The notes under the pieces: generated by a model | What the model saw: only the letters and a program-made list of their open reading frames with translations | What the model was told of the DNA's origin: nothing | Databases searched by the model: none | Position numbers and translations under genes: made by a program | Source of the DNA: Octopus bimaculoides | Taxonomy: Eukaryota | Length of the DNA: 54,469 bases | Direction: 5' to 3' | Assembly: GCF_001194135.2 (NCBI RefSeq) | Contig: NC_068985.1 | Span: forward strand, 23,400,297-23,454,765 | Shown: positions 33,201 to 45,127 of the stretch, piece by piece | Layout of the letters: every line of letters begins with the position of its first letter | Numbering within the stretch: position 1 is the first letter of the stretch

Positions 33201-36200
33201 TGGCAAAATTCTTTGAATGGTAAAATGTTCAATAATGATGACCTGAAATCACACTTGCTTCAGTTTTTGGCTGAGAAGGAACAGAAGTTCTATGAGCACA
33301 GAATCATGAAATTGCCAGAAAGATGGCAAAAGGTCATCGAACAAAATGGAAAATATATAATTGATTAAAGTTCACTCTTTGTATGAAGAAAAGTGACTTT
33401 TATTTCACATTCAAAAACCAAAATTACTTTCTNNNNNNNNNNNNNNNNNNNNNNNNNNNNNNNNNNNNNNNNNNNNNNNNNNNNNNNNNNNNNNNNNNNN
33501 NNNNNNNNNNNNNNNNNNNNNNNNNNNNNNNNNNNNNNNNNNNNNNNNNNNNNNNNNNNNNNNNNNNNNNNNNNNNNNNNNNNNNNNNNNNNNNNNNNNN
33601 NNNNNNNNNNNNNNNNNNNNNNNNNNNNNNNNNNNNNNNNNNNNNNNNNNNNNNNNNNNNNNNNNNNNNNNNNNNNNNNNNNNNNNNNNNNNNNNNNNNN
33701 NNNNNNNNNNNNNNNNNNNNNNNNNNNNNNNNNNNNNNNNNNNNNNNNNNNNNNNNNNNNNNNNNNNNNNNNNNNNNNNNNNNNNNNNNNNNNNNNNNNN
33801 NNNNNNNNNNNNNNNNNNNNNNNNNNNNNNNNNNNNNNNNNNNNNNNNNNNNNNNNNNNNNNNNNNNNNNNNNNNNNNNNNNNNNNNNNNNNNNNNNNNN
33901 NNNNGAAGTTAACGTGCAAGTGGCTGAGCACTCCACAGACACGTGTACCCTTAACGTAGTTCTCGGGGATATTCAGTGTGACACAGTGTGACAAGGCTGA
34001 CCCTTTGAAATACAGGCACAACAGAAACAGGAAGTAAGAGTGAGAGAAAGTTGCGGTGAAAGATTACAGCAGGGTTCGCCACCATCCCCTGCCGGAGCCT
34101 CGTGGAGCTATTTTAGGTGTTTTCGCTCAATAAACACTCACAACGCCCGGTCTGGGAATCGAAACCGCGAGTCCGCTGCCCTAACCACTGGGCCATTGCG
34201 CCTCCACAATTTTATATCATAAGAAAAGACTTACCATCAGAAGCTCTACAACAACAAATCCAATTAGTGATAGTCCAAGCATAAAATATAGAGCACCATT
34301 TGCCTGCTGATGGACACCTTGGTAAATGCTCAGTGATATTGTGATCTGGAAAGTAGAGACAAACATCTTGAAACATAGTTGAAATGTTACATTCCTTAGA
34401 TACAGATTTTTGTAAATGGCAATCTCTACAGTTCAAGGAATTGCGTTTTGACTGCAAAACATATACACCAACCAAGCAAATTAGAAAGTTCTTATGTGGT
34501 CACTTGATCAGCTAGAAATGGCAGCCAAATTGCCGTCTCACAACACCCAGCCATCTTAATAGGGGTATTAGATGTTTTGGCACAGTTGTTTTGATGTCAC
34601 TCATTCAACACTTACTTATTTGACATCAGACATTTTAATGCTTTTCTTGTTCTTTTCCGCTTTCAATTACTTTCAGTTTATTTGTGTGAGCATCTAGTTA
34701 TGTTTATATGTATGTGTAATCTCTCTCTCCATACACATCATCACCATTGTTTAACGTCTGCTTTCCATGCTAGCATGGGTTGGACGATTTGACCGAGGAC
34801 TGGTGAACCAGGTGGCTATACCAGGCTCCAATCTGATTTGGCAGAGTTTCTACAGCTGGATGCCCTTCCTAACGCCAACCACTCCGAGAGTGTAGTGGGG
34901 GCTTTTACGTGCCACCGGCACGAAGGCCAGTCAGGCGGTACTGGCAACGGCCACACTCGAAATGGTGTATTTTATGTGCCACCTGCACAGGAGCCAGTCC
35001 AGTGGGACTGGCAACGAACTCGCTTGAATGTCTTTTTATGTGCCACTGGCACAAATGCCAGNNNNNNNNNNNNNNNNNNNNNNNNNNNNNNNNNNNNNNN
35101 NNNNNNNNNNNNNNNNNNNNNNNNNNNNNNNNNNNNNNNNNNNNNNNNNNNNNNNNNNNNNNNNNNNNNNNNNNNNNNNNGCCAGGGAGGCGACGTTGGT
35201 AACAGTCATGCTCAAATGGTGCTATTTACATGCCACCGGCATGAAAGCCAGACAGCTGGTGCTCTGGCAACGATCACGTTCGGACGGTGCTCTTAGTGAT
35301 TTACTCGCTTGCCCCAACAGGTCTTCACAAGCCGAGTTTAGTGTTCAATGAAGACGTTGGCATGGGTGCCAGTCTACAAATTTAGTTCGATTTCGATTCC
35401 GATTTCACTTGCCTCAACAGGTCTTCGCAAGTGGAAATAATAATAATAATGGTTTCAAATTTTGGCACAAGGCCAGCAGTTTTGGGAGAGAAAGTTGATT
35501 ACATCAACCCCAGTGATCAACTGGTACTTATTTCATCGACCTCGAGTTGGCTTTGGTGGAATTTGAACTCACAACATAAATGCAGATAGCATGCTAATGA
35601 TTCTCACAGTTTGCCACCTTAATAATAATAATAAATAATAATGATAATAACAAAAGCAGTCAGAGAGCGCAAACATCCGCCAAGGCAACACCAACATTCT
35701 CTCGATGATTCGCCAGAGATGATTTTTAAAATGAGAATATCTGAAATAAACTCGACTGCTCTCACAAATGAGAATACTAAAAATGAACCTGACTGCTCTC
35801 ATAAGTTAAGTAAAAAACTTGGAAAAATAATCCAGAATCCTTGTCCTGTACTAGATCAATCCCCAAATCTAATCAGTTCATGCCAGTCACAAGGTCAAAC
35901 ATCCCTGAAAGTTTCTTCCAAATCCATCCAGCAGTTCTTGAGATATCTTGTTCATGGACAAACAAACAAACAAACACGACTGAAAACAATACCTCTGCCT
36001 TCGCTTAGGCAGAGGTAATAATTCTTTCTACTAAAGGCACAAGGCCTGAAATTTTGGAGGTGGGGACATTGACAAGAAGAAATACTTAGTAAAGAAAGAA
36101 ACCACACCAATAAAAATGTTTATTTCATTGAATAAGACTATCAGCAAATGAGTAATGATGAGTGTGCATGTGTGCGTGTGCACTGAAAAGCACAACTGTC

Positions 36201-39101
36201 AAATATCACGTTGAAGTTTGCATAAACTTTTCAATCCTATTATAGAAGTTACATCAACTTACTGATATGATTATTTTGAGCAATTAAGTTGTTATCAGAT
36301 ATGTAAACAAAACTGAACATTCCTATGAAGATGACATTTAAGTTTCTCTTCACGCATAGATAAATTTTCTTCAAATCAATTAGGAAGCTGCTGTATAGTC
36401 TCACCGCTGATAGAAATAAATAGTAAACTTCTCACAAATCACATTCTACCACCTTAAATAAAGAAGGACATGCAGGATAATGTTGTGGGTATGGTAAGTC
36501 AGAGGAAAGAAAAATAAGGATGTGGATGACAAGAATGCCTCTAAATATTCTTTCTACTTTAGGTACAAGGCTTTTGTTCTATAGAATTGAAATATATATA
36601 TACATACATACATGCATGCATACGACAGGCTTCTTATGTATGTATGCATGCATACAACAGGCTTCTTTCAGTTTCCGTTGACCAAATCCACTCACAAAGC
36701 TTTGGTCAGCTTGAAGCTATGGTAGAAGACACTTGCCCAAGGTGCCATGCAGTAGGACTGAACCCGGGATTGTGTGGTTGGTAAGCAAGCTACTTACCAC
36801 ACGGCCACTCCTGCACCTATGCATATATATAATTTAACTGTTTCCTACTTATTCCTAATTATTAATACACACACACACACACACACACATGCAAGGATGA
36901 TCAGGGAAAAGGAAATACTTACAAATACCATAAGGATGAGAGTTCCAACAAATATTACTTGTGCCGTTTTCTGAAAGAAATAAAAACAAATAGAGAATCA
37001 AATTTGGTTAAAAACCATTGTGCTACATATGGAGGAGTTGTGTATAAATGATTAATTTCAGTGTACTACGAGCTGACCTTCAGAAGATGCGAAAATTTCC
37101 ATTGTCCTCCCTGTCATCAACCCTCATTTGTTTCCAAGTAAAGGAATATTTACCTATGACCAGGCATGCTTCCATTGGAGAGTTGTAATCAAAGAACACC
37201 ACTTACATGATGGTAACGTTGGTTTGATAACTGTCAAGCAAACCAAAGGCAAGAAGACACTAACACAGTCACATGCAATTGCATATATGATGGACTTCTG
37301 TCAGTTTCTGTCTACCAAATCCTTTCACAAAGCTTTTAATGTCCCTGGCACTAGTGTAGCTAGAGCGTATGCTGCCTGGGACAGCCCTTCTGTTTTCTGC
37401 CCCTGGATCCCACAAAAAACACATATTGCCTACAGAAGACCGAAAAGTGGTGCTCCTTTAAAGCACCACCCCTACAGTCCCCCATTAGCTATGCTAGTGG
37501 ATTCTGGGCTATAGTGTGGAAGACACCTGACCAAGGTGCCACACAGTGGGACTGAATGCAAGACCATGTGGTTGGGAAGCAAGCTTCTTTACCAGTGACT
37601 ATGAACCATTAACACTAGTTTCGAATTTTGGTATAAGACCAGTAATTTCAAGGGAAGGGGTAAGTCAATAACGTTGACCCCAGGGTTCAACTGGTACTTA
37701 TTTTATTGCCCCTGGAAGGATGAAAGACAAAGTCAACCATGGCAGAATCTGAACTCAGATTGTAAGGATGGATGAAATGTCACTAAGCATTTATCCTAAT
37801 AATTCTTATTTCTTTATTGCCCACAAGGGGCTAAACATAGAGGGGACAAACAAGGACAGACAAAGGGATTAAGTCGATTATATCGACCTCAGTGCGTAAC
37901 TGGTACTTAATTTATCGACCCCGAAAGGATGAAAGGCAAAGCTGACCTCGGCGGAATTTGACCTCAGAATGTAACGGCAAACGAAATACCGCTAAGCATT
38001 TCGCCCGGTGCGCTAACGTTTCTGCCAGCATGTTGCTAACGATTCCGCCAGCTTGTTGCTAACGATTCCACCAGCTTGTTGCTAACGATTCTGCCAGTTT
38101 GTTGCCTTTCAATAGACTTTATGTTGGCTTCAAATTTTGGCGCAAGGCCAATGATTTCAAGGGGAAGGGTAAGTCAATTACAATGGTCCCAGCAGTTAAA
38201 CTGGAGCTTGTTTTTATCAACCCTGAAAGGATGTAAAGCAAAGTCAACCCTGGTGACATTTGAACTCAGAAAATAGAATCGGAAGAAATGCCACTAAACA
38301 TTTTTTCCGGAGCAGTAATGATTCAACCAGCTCGTCACCTTAATGTACTGGTTTCAAATTTTGGCACAAGGCCAGCATGCATGGGGGTGGGGTTAAGTTA
38401 ATTACAGCGCTCAACTGGTACTTACTTTATTGATCCTTGAAAGGATGAAGGTAAAGTAAAATTACAAGAAATGCTGCTAAACATTTTTCCCAGAGCGGTA
38501 ATGAGTCAGCCAGTTCATCACCTAAATGTACTATTTATATTAAAGGCAATCAAAGTTTTTCTGCAGCAGCACTGTACAGTTAAATTTTTTATGAAACAGG
38601 ACAGGAAACCAAATCACTTGAGTAGAAACTTGACAGCACACTTTTCTATTCATTTCCCCTCTTGATAACAATGTCTATTAGCATTGCACTTCAAGTGGCT
38701 GTAAGAGCCTCATCAAAGAGCCATGTAGATAAGATGATTATCTTGAACATCCCTGCCAAATCATTGATCTCAATAACAATTAGTCTCGTCTTGGTACCAA
38801 TCTTTATTCTTACTTTGACATCATTTAATCCTTTAGCATTCAGATTACTTTGTCAAATGCAATACAGTAGAATCTCGCAGTACAAGTGCCCTATTGTATA
38901 CTCTTTTACTTGTTTCAGTCTTTTGACTGTGGCCATGCTGGAGCACCACCTTTAGTCAAGCAACTTGACCCCAGGACTTATTCTTTGGAAGCCTAGTACT
39001 TATTCTATTGGTCTCTATTGCCGAACTGCTAAGTTACGGGAGCATAAACACACCAGCATCGGTTGTCAAGCGATGTTGGAGGGACAAACACAGAAATGCA
39101 A

Positions 39102-39170
<69 letters not shown>

Positions 39171-41143
39171 TACGACGGGCTTCTTTCAGTTTCCGTCTAC
39201 CAAATCCACTCACAAGGCTTTGGTCAGCCTGAGGCTATAGTAGAAGACACTTGCCCAAGATGCCACGCAGTGGGACTGAATCCGGAACCATGTGGTTGGT
39301 AAGCAAGCTACTTACCACACAGCCACTCCTACGCCTATATGAGTAATTTGTATGAGTAATTTGCTGCATGAGCCGAGACTCATGCGAATTTTTGTCTTGA
39401 AGTATGAGCGGAAATCCACAGTACGAGCACACAAACCGTACCATCTTTAAGGTAATTCAGTTAATAAAACCAGTTTACATATTTCTTTTGCATTCTCTTT
39501 TTTATAACTGTCATTTTACTTGTAACTACACCTTTTCTGTTTTAAAACCCATAAAAATTATTTTTGAGCAGTTTTTGTGGGGCTGGAACGGATTAATTAT
39601 ATTTTAGTTAATTTCAATGGGGAAAACTGATTTGTAAAACGAGTAAATTGTAAGACAAGCTTGGTCATGGAATGAATTAAGCTCATACTGTGAGGTATCA
39701 CAACTCATTTATTATCATTGTTTTGATTTCAATGTGCATTATCATGTAGCTTTGAAATTTCAATCATGTGATTGTTTATTTTTAGAATGTCATTGTAGGG
39801 TTGGTGTGGGAGGCCAAATCTGGCCTCAAACAGGTAGAATATTTGGGCCAGACATGGCTGGTTTAAATGCTAAAGGGTTGAGGGTACTGCATAGATGGTG
39901 AAAGCTTCTAACAGCCAGTTCCCTAATCATTAGGATTTCCAATCTTCGAATTACAAAGTGTGGAGGCGCAATGGCCCAGTGGTTAGGGCAGCGGACTCGC
40001 GGTCGTAGGATCGCGGTTTCGATTCCCAGACCGGGCGTTGTGAGTGTTTATTGAGCCAAAACACCTAAAATAGCTCCACGAGGCTCCGGGTGGGCATGGT
40101 GGCCAAACCCTGCTGTACTCTTCCACCACAACTTTCTCTCACTCTTACTTCCTGTTTCTGTTGTACCTGTAATTCAAAGGGTCAGCCTTGTCACACTGTG
40201 TCACGCTGAATATCCCAGAGAACTACGTTAAAGGTACACGTGTCTGTGGAGTGCTCAGCCACTTGCACGTTAATTTCACGAGCAGGCTGTTCCGTTGATC
40301 GGATCAACTGGAACCCTCGACGTCGTAAGCGACGGAGTGCCAACAACAACAAATTACAAAGTAGAGATCCTTAACCTCCTCCTGTATCATGAACAGACAA
40401 TGACTTTTCTAGGTTTTAGAACCGAGTTAACATCAATTGAATACCTTAGTCATCTAGGCTAGGGAGATTTTGCTGGTCATTTCCAGTAATGTAATTCATA
40501 AAAGCTTGCAGCGGTGGCAGTCCATGGTATTTCCTAATCTTCAGTCTTTCATTAGTTTTCTGTATTTCTTAAACTCTATGTAACAGTAAATTTATTTGTC
40601 AATATATATATATATATATATAAATATTAGGGCAGTGAGTTGGGAGAATTGTTCGCACACTGGGCAAAATGCTCAGCGGCATTTCGTCTACCATTACATT
40701 CTGAGTTCAAAGGTCGACTTTGCATTTCACCGTTTTGAGGTTAGTAAAATAAGTACCAGTTGAGCAATTGAGTCGTTTTAATCGACTTGTCCTCTCAGCC
40801 GGAACTGCTGGCCTTGTGTCAAAATTTGAAACCAATATATGGGGTTGGCCAATAGTCACCTGACAGTAAATCAAAACCATTTAATTCCAAGGTTTATTTA
40901 TATTTAACAACTGAATGAATTTAATAGAAGCATCTAAATATGAAACATCATGAAAATTGTTCAAACTGAAGTCCTTGAGCGACACATTTTCCCATTCGAG
41001 TCAAAACAAAATTACAGATAGTATTTATGGAATTTTGCTTTGCTGTCGGGTGACTTTTGGCCACTCCTGTATATAAACATCTACATGCTTGTACATGAGT
41101 GTTTGTCTTCTGAATAGATTTAGTTTTTGTATCTATATACATC

Positions 41144-41216
<73 letters not shown>

Positions 41217-41249
41217 ATGTATATTTATATACATCAAGTNNNNNNNNNN

Positions 41250-41296
<47 letters not shown>

Positions 41297-44200
41297 ATGT
41301 ATATTTATATACATCAAGTCTTATCGTGTTTATCTGCATCACTCACTGTGTGTGTGTGCGTGTGTACGATATACAGTATACATATATATACGTATATACA
41401 CACGTACGTATGTGTGTGTGTATACACACACACACAAAGTTACAGACACCTGCTGTAATCGCCTTTTCTTTCCTTTGTCATAATTTCAAATCCTTCCCAG
41501 CTGTCACGTAGTTAAGCACTAATAAACAAAATGAGAACCATTGATTAATTCACTCTTTGAATAAGGTTAGTTCAGCCTCCCAGTCAGATTATAGTAGTTA
41601 GCAAAACGTTTTTACGAGTTAATAAAAACCTTATACGATTTCTCATGATTATTTATTGTCAACTTTGCATTCATTACTTCGAATCTGAAACAAATTATTA
41701 AATAGTAATATCACTGTTAATTTAGAGGGCGGTTTTTATTTTGTATCTTAACTGCGGAATTGAAAACTATCTTGGTGCACATGATCACTCAAATAGCCTC
41801 CAGTATTGTTATCAACAAACGAAGTAACGATTACGTTGCTGTACAACCAGCTAGAGATAATGGCCAAGTCTACCCCAAATCACATAGCAACTGTGTTAAA
41901 TGAAAAGAGTAGATATTCCGAAAATGTAAGGGCCATAGCTGAAATGCTTTGATCATACTTAAGCTCTATCAGGTTGGACCGAGGGCTAAACAACAGTACG
42001 ATTCATAAGAGAAATCTGTTTACATGCACACACGTACACACATATGCAATACATCAGAAATTTGAACACTGTAAATTAGATTATTCCTTCATTCAGATTT
42101 GTATGCGGACGGTTTGTATAGCCCAAAGTCAATCCTGGTCAGGCAGAAAACCTATCCCGCATAGAGACTACATGGTCAAATAGATATCTTTTTATTAAAA
42201 CGGTCGGGTGTGATTGGAAGGATATTTGGCGATTTCGAGCAGGTCGAATGACTACGATGAGTTCCTTCGATGGCTCACGTTGATCGTTAAAACTCAAGAT
42301 AATTTTGGCGGTTGTTTTGTCCCAGGTCGGCCTCCTGACTGAGTACTCCATGGTCAAAGGCGTTCCAGGCACAACCAGTTCGTCTTTTTTCTTTTTATCT
42401 AATTTCTCATATGAAAACGGAGCCATGACCACCCAACCATTTCCCCCAGCTTTAATATCTCGTTTAAGACGGTATTGTATGATTCACTGGAGATTTAACT
42501 GTTGTTTTTAGTAGGTCGAACGAGCATATAAGGCTCTTGTAGTTTCATGACAGAACTTAAATTTTAGGTTTAAACTTAAAACTGTACAGAGATGGGAGTG
42601 GGGGGGACAAAATGAGTAATTCCTGATTTCTTGTTATTTTCTCTCTACCTGTTTGAAATCATTACATTGCAAAGTACTGCATTATCATTTTGTACTGTAG
42701 TATCATCTCTAGGAGTAAAAATTGGTCAGCATAGTTGTTTTGTTGAAGGTGAGAGAGTTTGGAACATAGTCAGATGACATACTTTTTTTTTTCAAGAATT
42801 TTCCCTCAACTCTGAACTCGATTATAATTGAGATTGCTAATAAAAGCTATTAACTCTTTATTTATTGGTTTACGGCGAAAATGAATTTCATGCCAATTAT
42901 GAGCATACAAAACTATACCAATATACCAAATATGAAATCAATTGGAACAAAAATTAGAGAAATTGGAAAGTGGTAACCAACCAGAAAAGACCCAATATCT
43001 GAATAATTTTTGGTGTTTAACAATCAATATTCCTTTCTGTTGGATTCCAATTCAGGTCCCCCCCCCCCNNNNNNNNNNNNNNNNNNNNNNNNNNNNNNNN
43101 NNNNNNNNNNNNNNNNNNNNNNNNNNNNNNNNNNNNNNNNNNNNNNNNNNNNNNNNNNNNNNNNNNNNNNNNNNNNNNNNNNNNNNNNNNNNNNNNNNNN
43201 NNNNNNNNNNNNNNNNNNNNNNNNNNNNNNNNNNNNNNNNNNNNNNNNNNNNNNNNNNNNNNNNNNNNNNNNNNNNNNNNNNNNNNNNNNNNNNNNNNNN
43301 NNNNNNNNNNNNNNNNNNNNNNNNNNNNNNNNNNNNNNNNNNNNNNNNNNNNNNNNNNNNNNNNNNNNNNNNNNNNNNNNNNNNNNNNNNNNNNNNNNNN
43401 NNNNNNNNNNNNNNNNNNNNNNNNNNNNNNNNNNNNNNNNNNNNNNNNNNNNNNNNNNNNNNNNNNNNNNNNNNNNNNNNNNNNNNNNNNNNNNNNNNNN
43501 NNNNNNNNNNNNNNNNNNNNNNNNNNNNNNNNNNNNNNNNNNNNNNNNNNNNNNNNNNNNNNNNNNNNNNNNNNNNNNNNNNNNNNNNNNNNNNNNNNNN
43601 NNNNNNNNNNNNNNNNNNNNNNNNNNNNNNNNNNNNNNNNNNNNNNNNNNNNNNNNNNNNNNNNNNNNNNNNNNNNNNNNNNNNNNNNNNNNNNNNNNNN
43701 NNNNNNNNNNNNNNNNNNNNNNNNNNNNNNNNNNNNNNNNNNNNNNNNNNNNNNNNNNNNNNNNNNNNNNNNNNNNNNNNNNNNNNNNNNNNNNNNNNNN
43801 NNNNNNNNNNNNNNNNNNNNNNNNNNNNNNNNNNNNNNNNNNNNNNNNNNNNNNNNNNNNNNNNNNNNNNNNNNNNNNNNNNNNNNNNNNNNNNNNNNNN
43901 NNNNNNNNNNNNNNNNNNNNNNNNNNNNNNNNNNNNNNNNNNNNNNNNNNNNNNNNNNNNNNNNNNNNNTGTTATCAGTTCATTGTTTATATTCAGAGGA
44001 AGAAAATTATCGCAAGTGCCGAACGAACGTGAAACTCCCTGTTTACCTTTCGTTTGATGACGTTCAAAATACTAGATGCTAATGATTTGTATTGTAGTAT
44101 TACATTTTCACATTAATTAAGAATATTGTCAATTAGGATAATGTCTGAGATTTGTTTATTTATTTGTGCAATGATCATGAACAAGTTATTGGATGGTTAA

Positions 44201-45127
44201 AAATATAATAGATTTCTTTTCGTTTTTGTATTTGTTTTGCAAGTTTCCATTGCTATATTTGTGGGGATGATTATATATAGGTTTTGTGCCTGTGGTTAAA
44301 TGGTATAAAAAAAAAAAGAAAAGACCATCCCCAAATATAACAACATAGAACTTTTTTATTTCTGAGTAAAAAAAAAAAAAATTTAATGAAGAAAATTTTA
44401 CTCAAATATCACTAATATAATCGCTATCCATACATTCGAAAACACATCTTTGGACGCAAAATTGCATTAAAAATATGCGTTATTAAGAAAGTTATGAAGA
44501 AACGAAGTTGTCGTCGGAGTTATATCGAACTTGTAGAACAACGAAAATGGACAAGTGCCAAATAACATTTGTTGTTTAAGATCAGTTTGTGTGCTGAGGA
44601 AGGTTACTTCATGTATTTTCTTTAATAGACTTTAAGAAAGTTTCCACAAAATAAACTGAAAGCACTGGTTTTCTTCGCAATGCCTTCATATATACATGAT
44701 TATTTCAAACAAACATCCATTAAGGAGATCCAGTTGTGACAGGTCTTAAGTTTTACTGTCAAAATATTTTTTTACCAACCTAAATAAATGAAAACATTTT
44801 TTTTTATATGGAAACTAATAAATATACTTTTAAAAACTTAAACGATCAACTTCTGAAAAATATCTTCAGGAGAAATACTAACATTTTCCCTCGAATAGCC
44901 TATATTAATAATTAACTCGCGTGAGTTAGCCATTATTAGACTGAGTCGTAAAAACTTAAGGATTAGTCTAATTCTAATGAAGTGGAACATATGAAACTAG
45001 TTGATTTAGAAAGAACTTTTAATAATAAATTACTTACAGTTCGTCCCATGTCTGCATCACTATAGTAGCTGGGTCTCGAGTCTTCGGGCACATTGCCGGC
45101 CAACAACCTCGTATTATCGTCAGGCAT
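30087..45127 (-). CDS. TMEM243: TMEM243 (DUF2678)-like three-TM membrane protein, 128 aa, five coding exons
   Basis: complement(join(30087-30200,34235-34345,36923-36970,37207-37230,45038-45127)). Every donor is gtaagt, acceptors end in (c/t)ag, all phase 0. Protein: MPDDNTRLLAGNVPEDSRPSYYSDADMGRT-LSNQRYHH-KTAQVIFVGTLILMVF-ITISLSIYQGVHQQANGALYFMLGLSLIGFVVVELLM-VNFIRKGDLSREKTWFLYFVGGCVFLEAIFTDVLLFH*. RKGDL plus the final TM aligns without gaps to human TMEM243 YRQGDLEPKFRKLIYY as I recall it. The gene model is more certain than the name. Confidence 0.75.
31100..31680. mobile_element. Cluster: RTE tail (+, about 31100-31270), family B SINE fragment (+, about 31285-31415), RTE tail (-, about 31420-31680)
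   Basis: Similarity to other copies in the window. Confidence 0.75.
31944..33005 (-). mobile_element. 5'-truncated RTE-clade LINE with internal tandem duplications in its 3' UTR
   Basis: Minus translation gives KSLSLRVKSRLYDACV...SETWVMTVEDICRLERNEASM and a terminal TWDEVVKHDLQTLGLTKAMTRDRD, typical of the RTE ORF C-terminus. Confidence 0.88.
33015..33432 (+). mobile_element. mariner (DD34D) transposase C-terminal fragment with start of the 3' TIR
   Basis: HDNA...HPPYSPDLAPSDY with D34D spacing; AAAACCAAAATTACTTT resembles an HsMar1/cecropia-type TIR; cut by a gap. Confidence 0.9.
33905..34208 (-). mobile_element. Young tRNA-derived SINE (family C), cut by a gap
   Basis: Near-identical reverse complement of 39960-40351. 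Confidence 0.9.
34235..34345 (-). CDS. TMEM243: TMEM243-like exon, TM2
   Basis: ctactttccag acceptor, gtaagt donor, 111 nt, hydrophobic. Confidence 0.85.
34737..35430 (-). mobile_element. RTE 3' UTR with about 60-65-bp internal tandem units
   Basis: (CAT)n tail, GGGCATCCAGCTGTAG module, repeated TTTTA(C/T)GTGCCAC...GGCAACG units; gap inside. Confidence 0.8.
35646..36018 (+). mobile_element. Non-autonomous Helitron/Helentron-like element
   Basis: Terminal hairpin ACCTCTGCCT-tcgctt-AGGCAGAGGT (35991-36016), (CAAA)n near the 3' end, partial subterminal copy CCGCCAAGGC near the 5' end. Confidence 0.6.
36652..36822 (-). mobile_element. CORE-type SINE (family A)
   Basis: A/B boxes and CORE-like motif on the minus strand. 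Confidence 0.85.
36923..36970 (-). CDS. TMEM243: TMEM243-like exon, TM1 (KTAQVIFVGTLILMVF)
   Basis: tttatttctttcag acceptor, gtaagt donor, 48 nt. Confidence 0.82.
37207..37230 (-). CDS. TMEM243: TMEM243-like 24-nt microexon LSNQRYHH
   Basis: ttgcctttggtttgcttgacag acceptor, gtaagt donor, phase 0. Confidence 0.65.
37290..37597 (-). mobile_element. CORE-type SINE (family A) interrupted by an insertion of about 160 bp
   Basis: Two halves match 39171-39336. Confidence 0.65.
37615..38520 (-). mobile_element. Array of four family B SINE copies
   Basis: CTGGTACTTA..ATCGACCCC..GGATGAAAGGCAAAGT domain repeated four times in the same orientation. Confidence 0.82.
38013..38104. repeat. 23-bp minisatellite x4 derived from the SINE head
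   Basis: CTAACGATTCCGCCAGCTTGTTG units. Confidence 0.9.
38895..39336 (-). mobile_element. Composite SINE: family A head + (TA)n + second module
   Basis: Same module order at about 53505-53790. Confidence 0.75.
39340..39705. mobile_element. pogo/Tigger-like MITE relic
   Basis: 3' end GGAATGAATTAAGCTCATACTGTGAGGTATCAC resembles Tigger TIR regions; boundaries approximate. Confidence 0.4.
39960..40351 (+). mobile_element. Intact young tRNA-derived SINE (family C) with 11-bp TSD
   Basis: A-box TGGCCCAGTGG, B-box GGTTTCGATTCC, 3' CGTCG-taag-CGACG stem-loop, (CAA)n tail; TSD AATTACAAAGT at 39949-39959 and 40352-40362. Confidence 0.93.
40628..40835 (+). mobile_element. Family B SINE
   Basis: Similar to the 18329 copy. 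Confidence 0.75.
40840..41069. mobile_element. Tc1/mariner-type MITE, 230 bp, about 37-bp imperfect TIRs, TA TSD
   Basis: TA-TGGGGTTGGCCAATAGTCACCTGACAG ... CTGTCGGGTGACTTTTGGCCACTCCTG-TA. Confidence 0.78.
41147..41435. repeat. (TA)n/(TG)n microsatellite cluster spanning a 10-N gap
   Basis: Direct. Confidence 0.95.

Noticed and set aside
38013-38104. CRISPR-like repeat array (also 50372-50434 and 34890-35280)
   Set aside because: Contiguous tandem units without unique spacers, in a eukaryotic context with no cas genes.
39960-40035. tRNA-like sequence
   Set aside because: It has A/B boxes but continues into a SINE body with tail and TSD; not a functional tRNA gene. The same applies to the other SINE heads.
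41190-41320. Duplicated TATGTG...CATCAAGT on both sides of a 10-N gap
   Set aside because: Typical unmerged contig overlap artefact.
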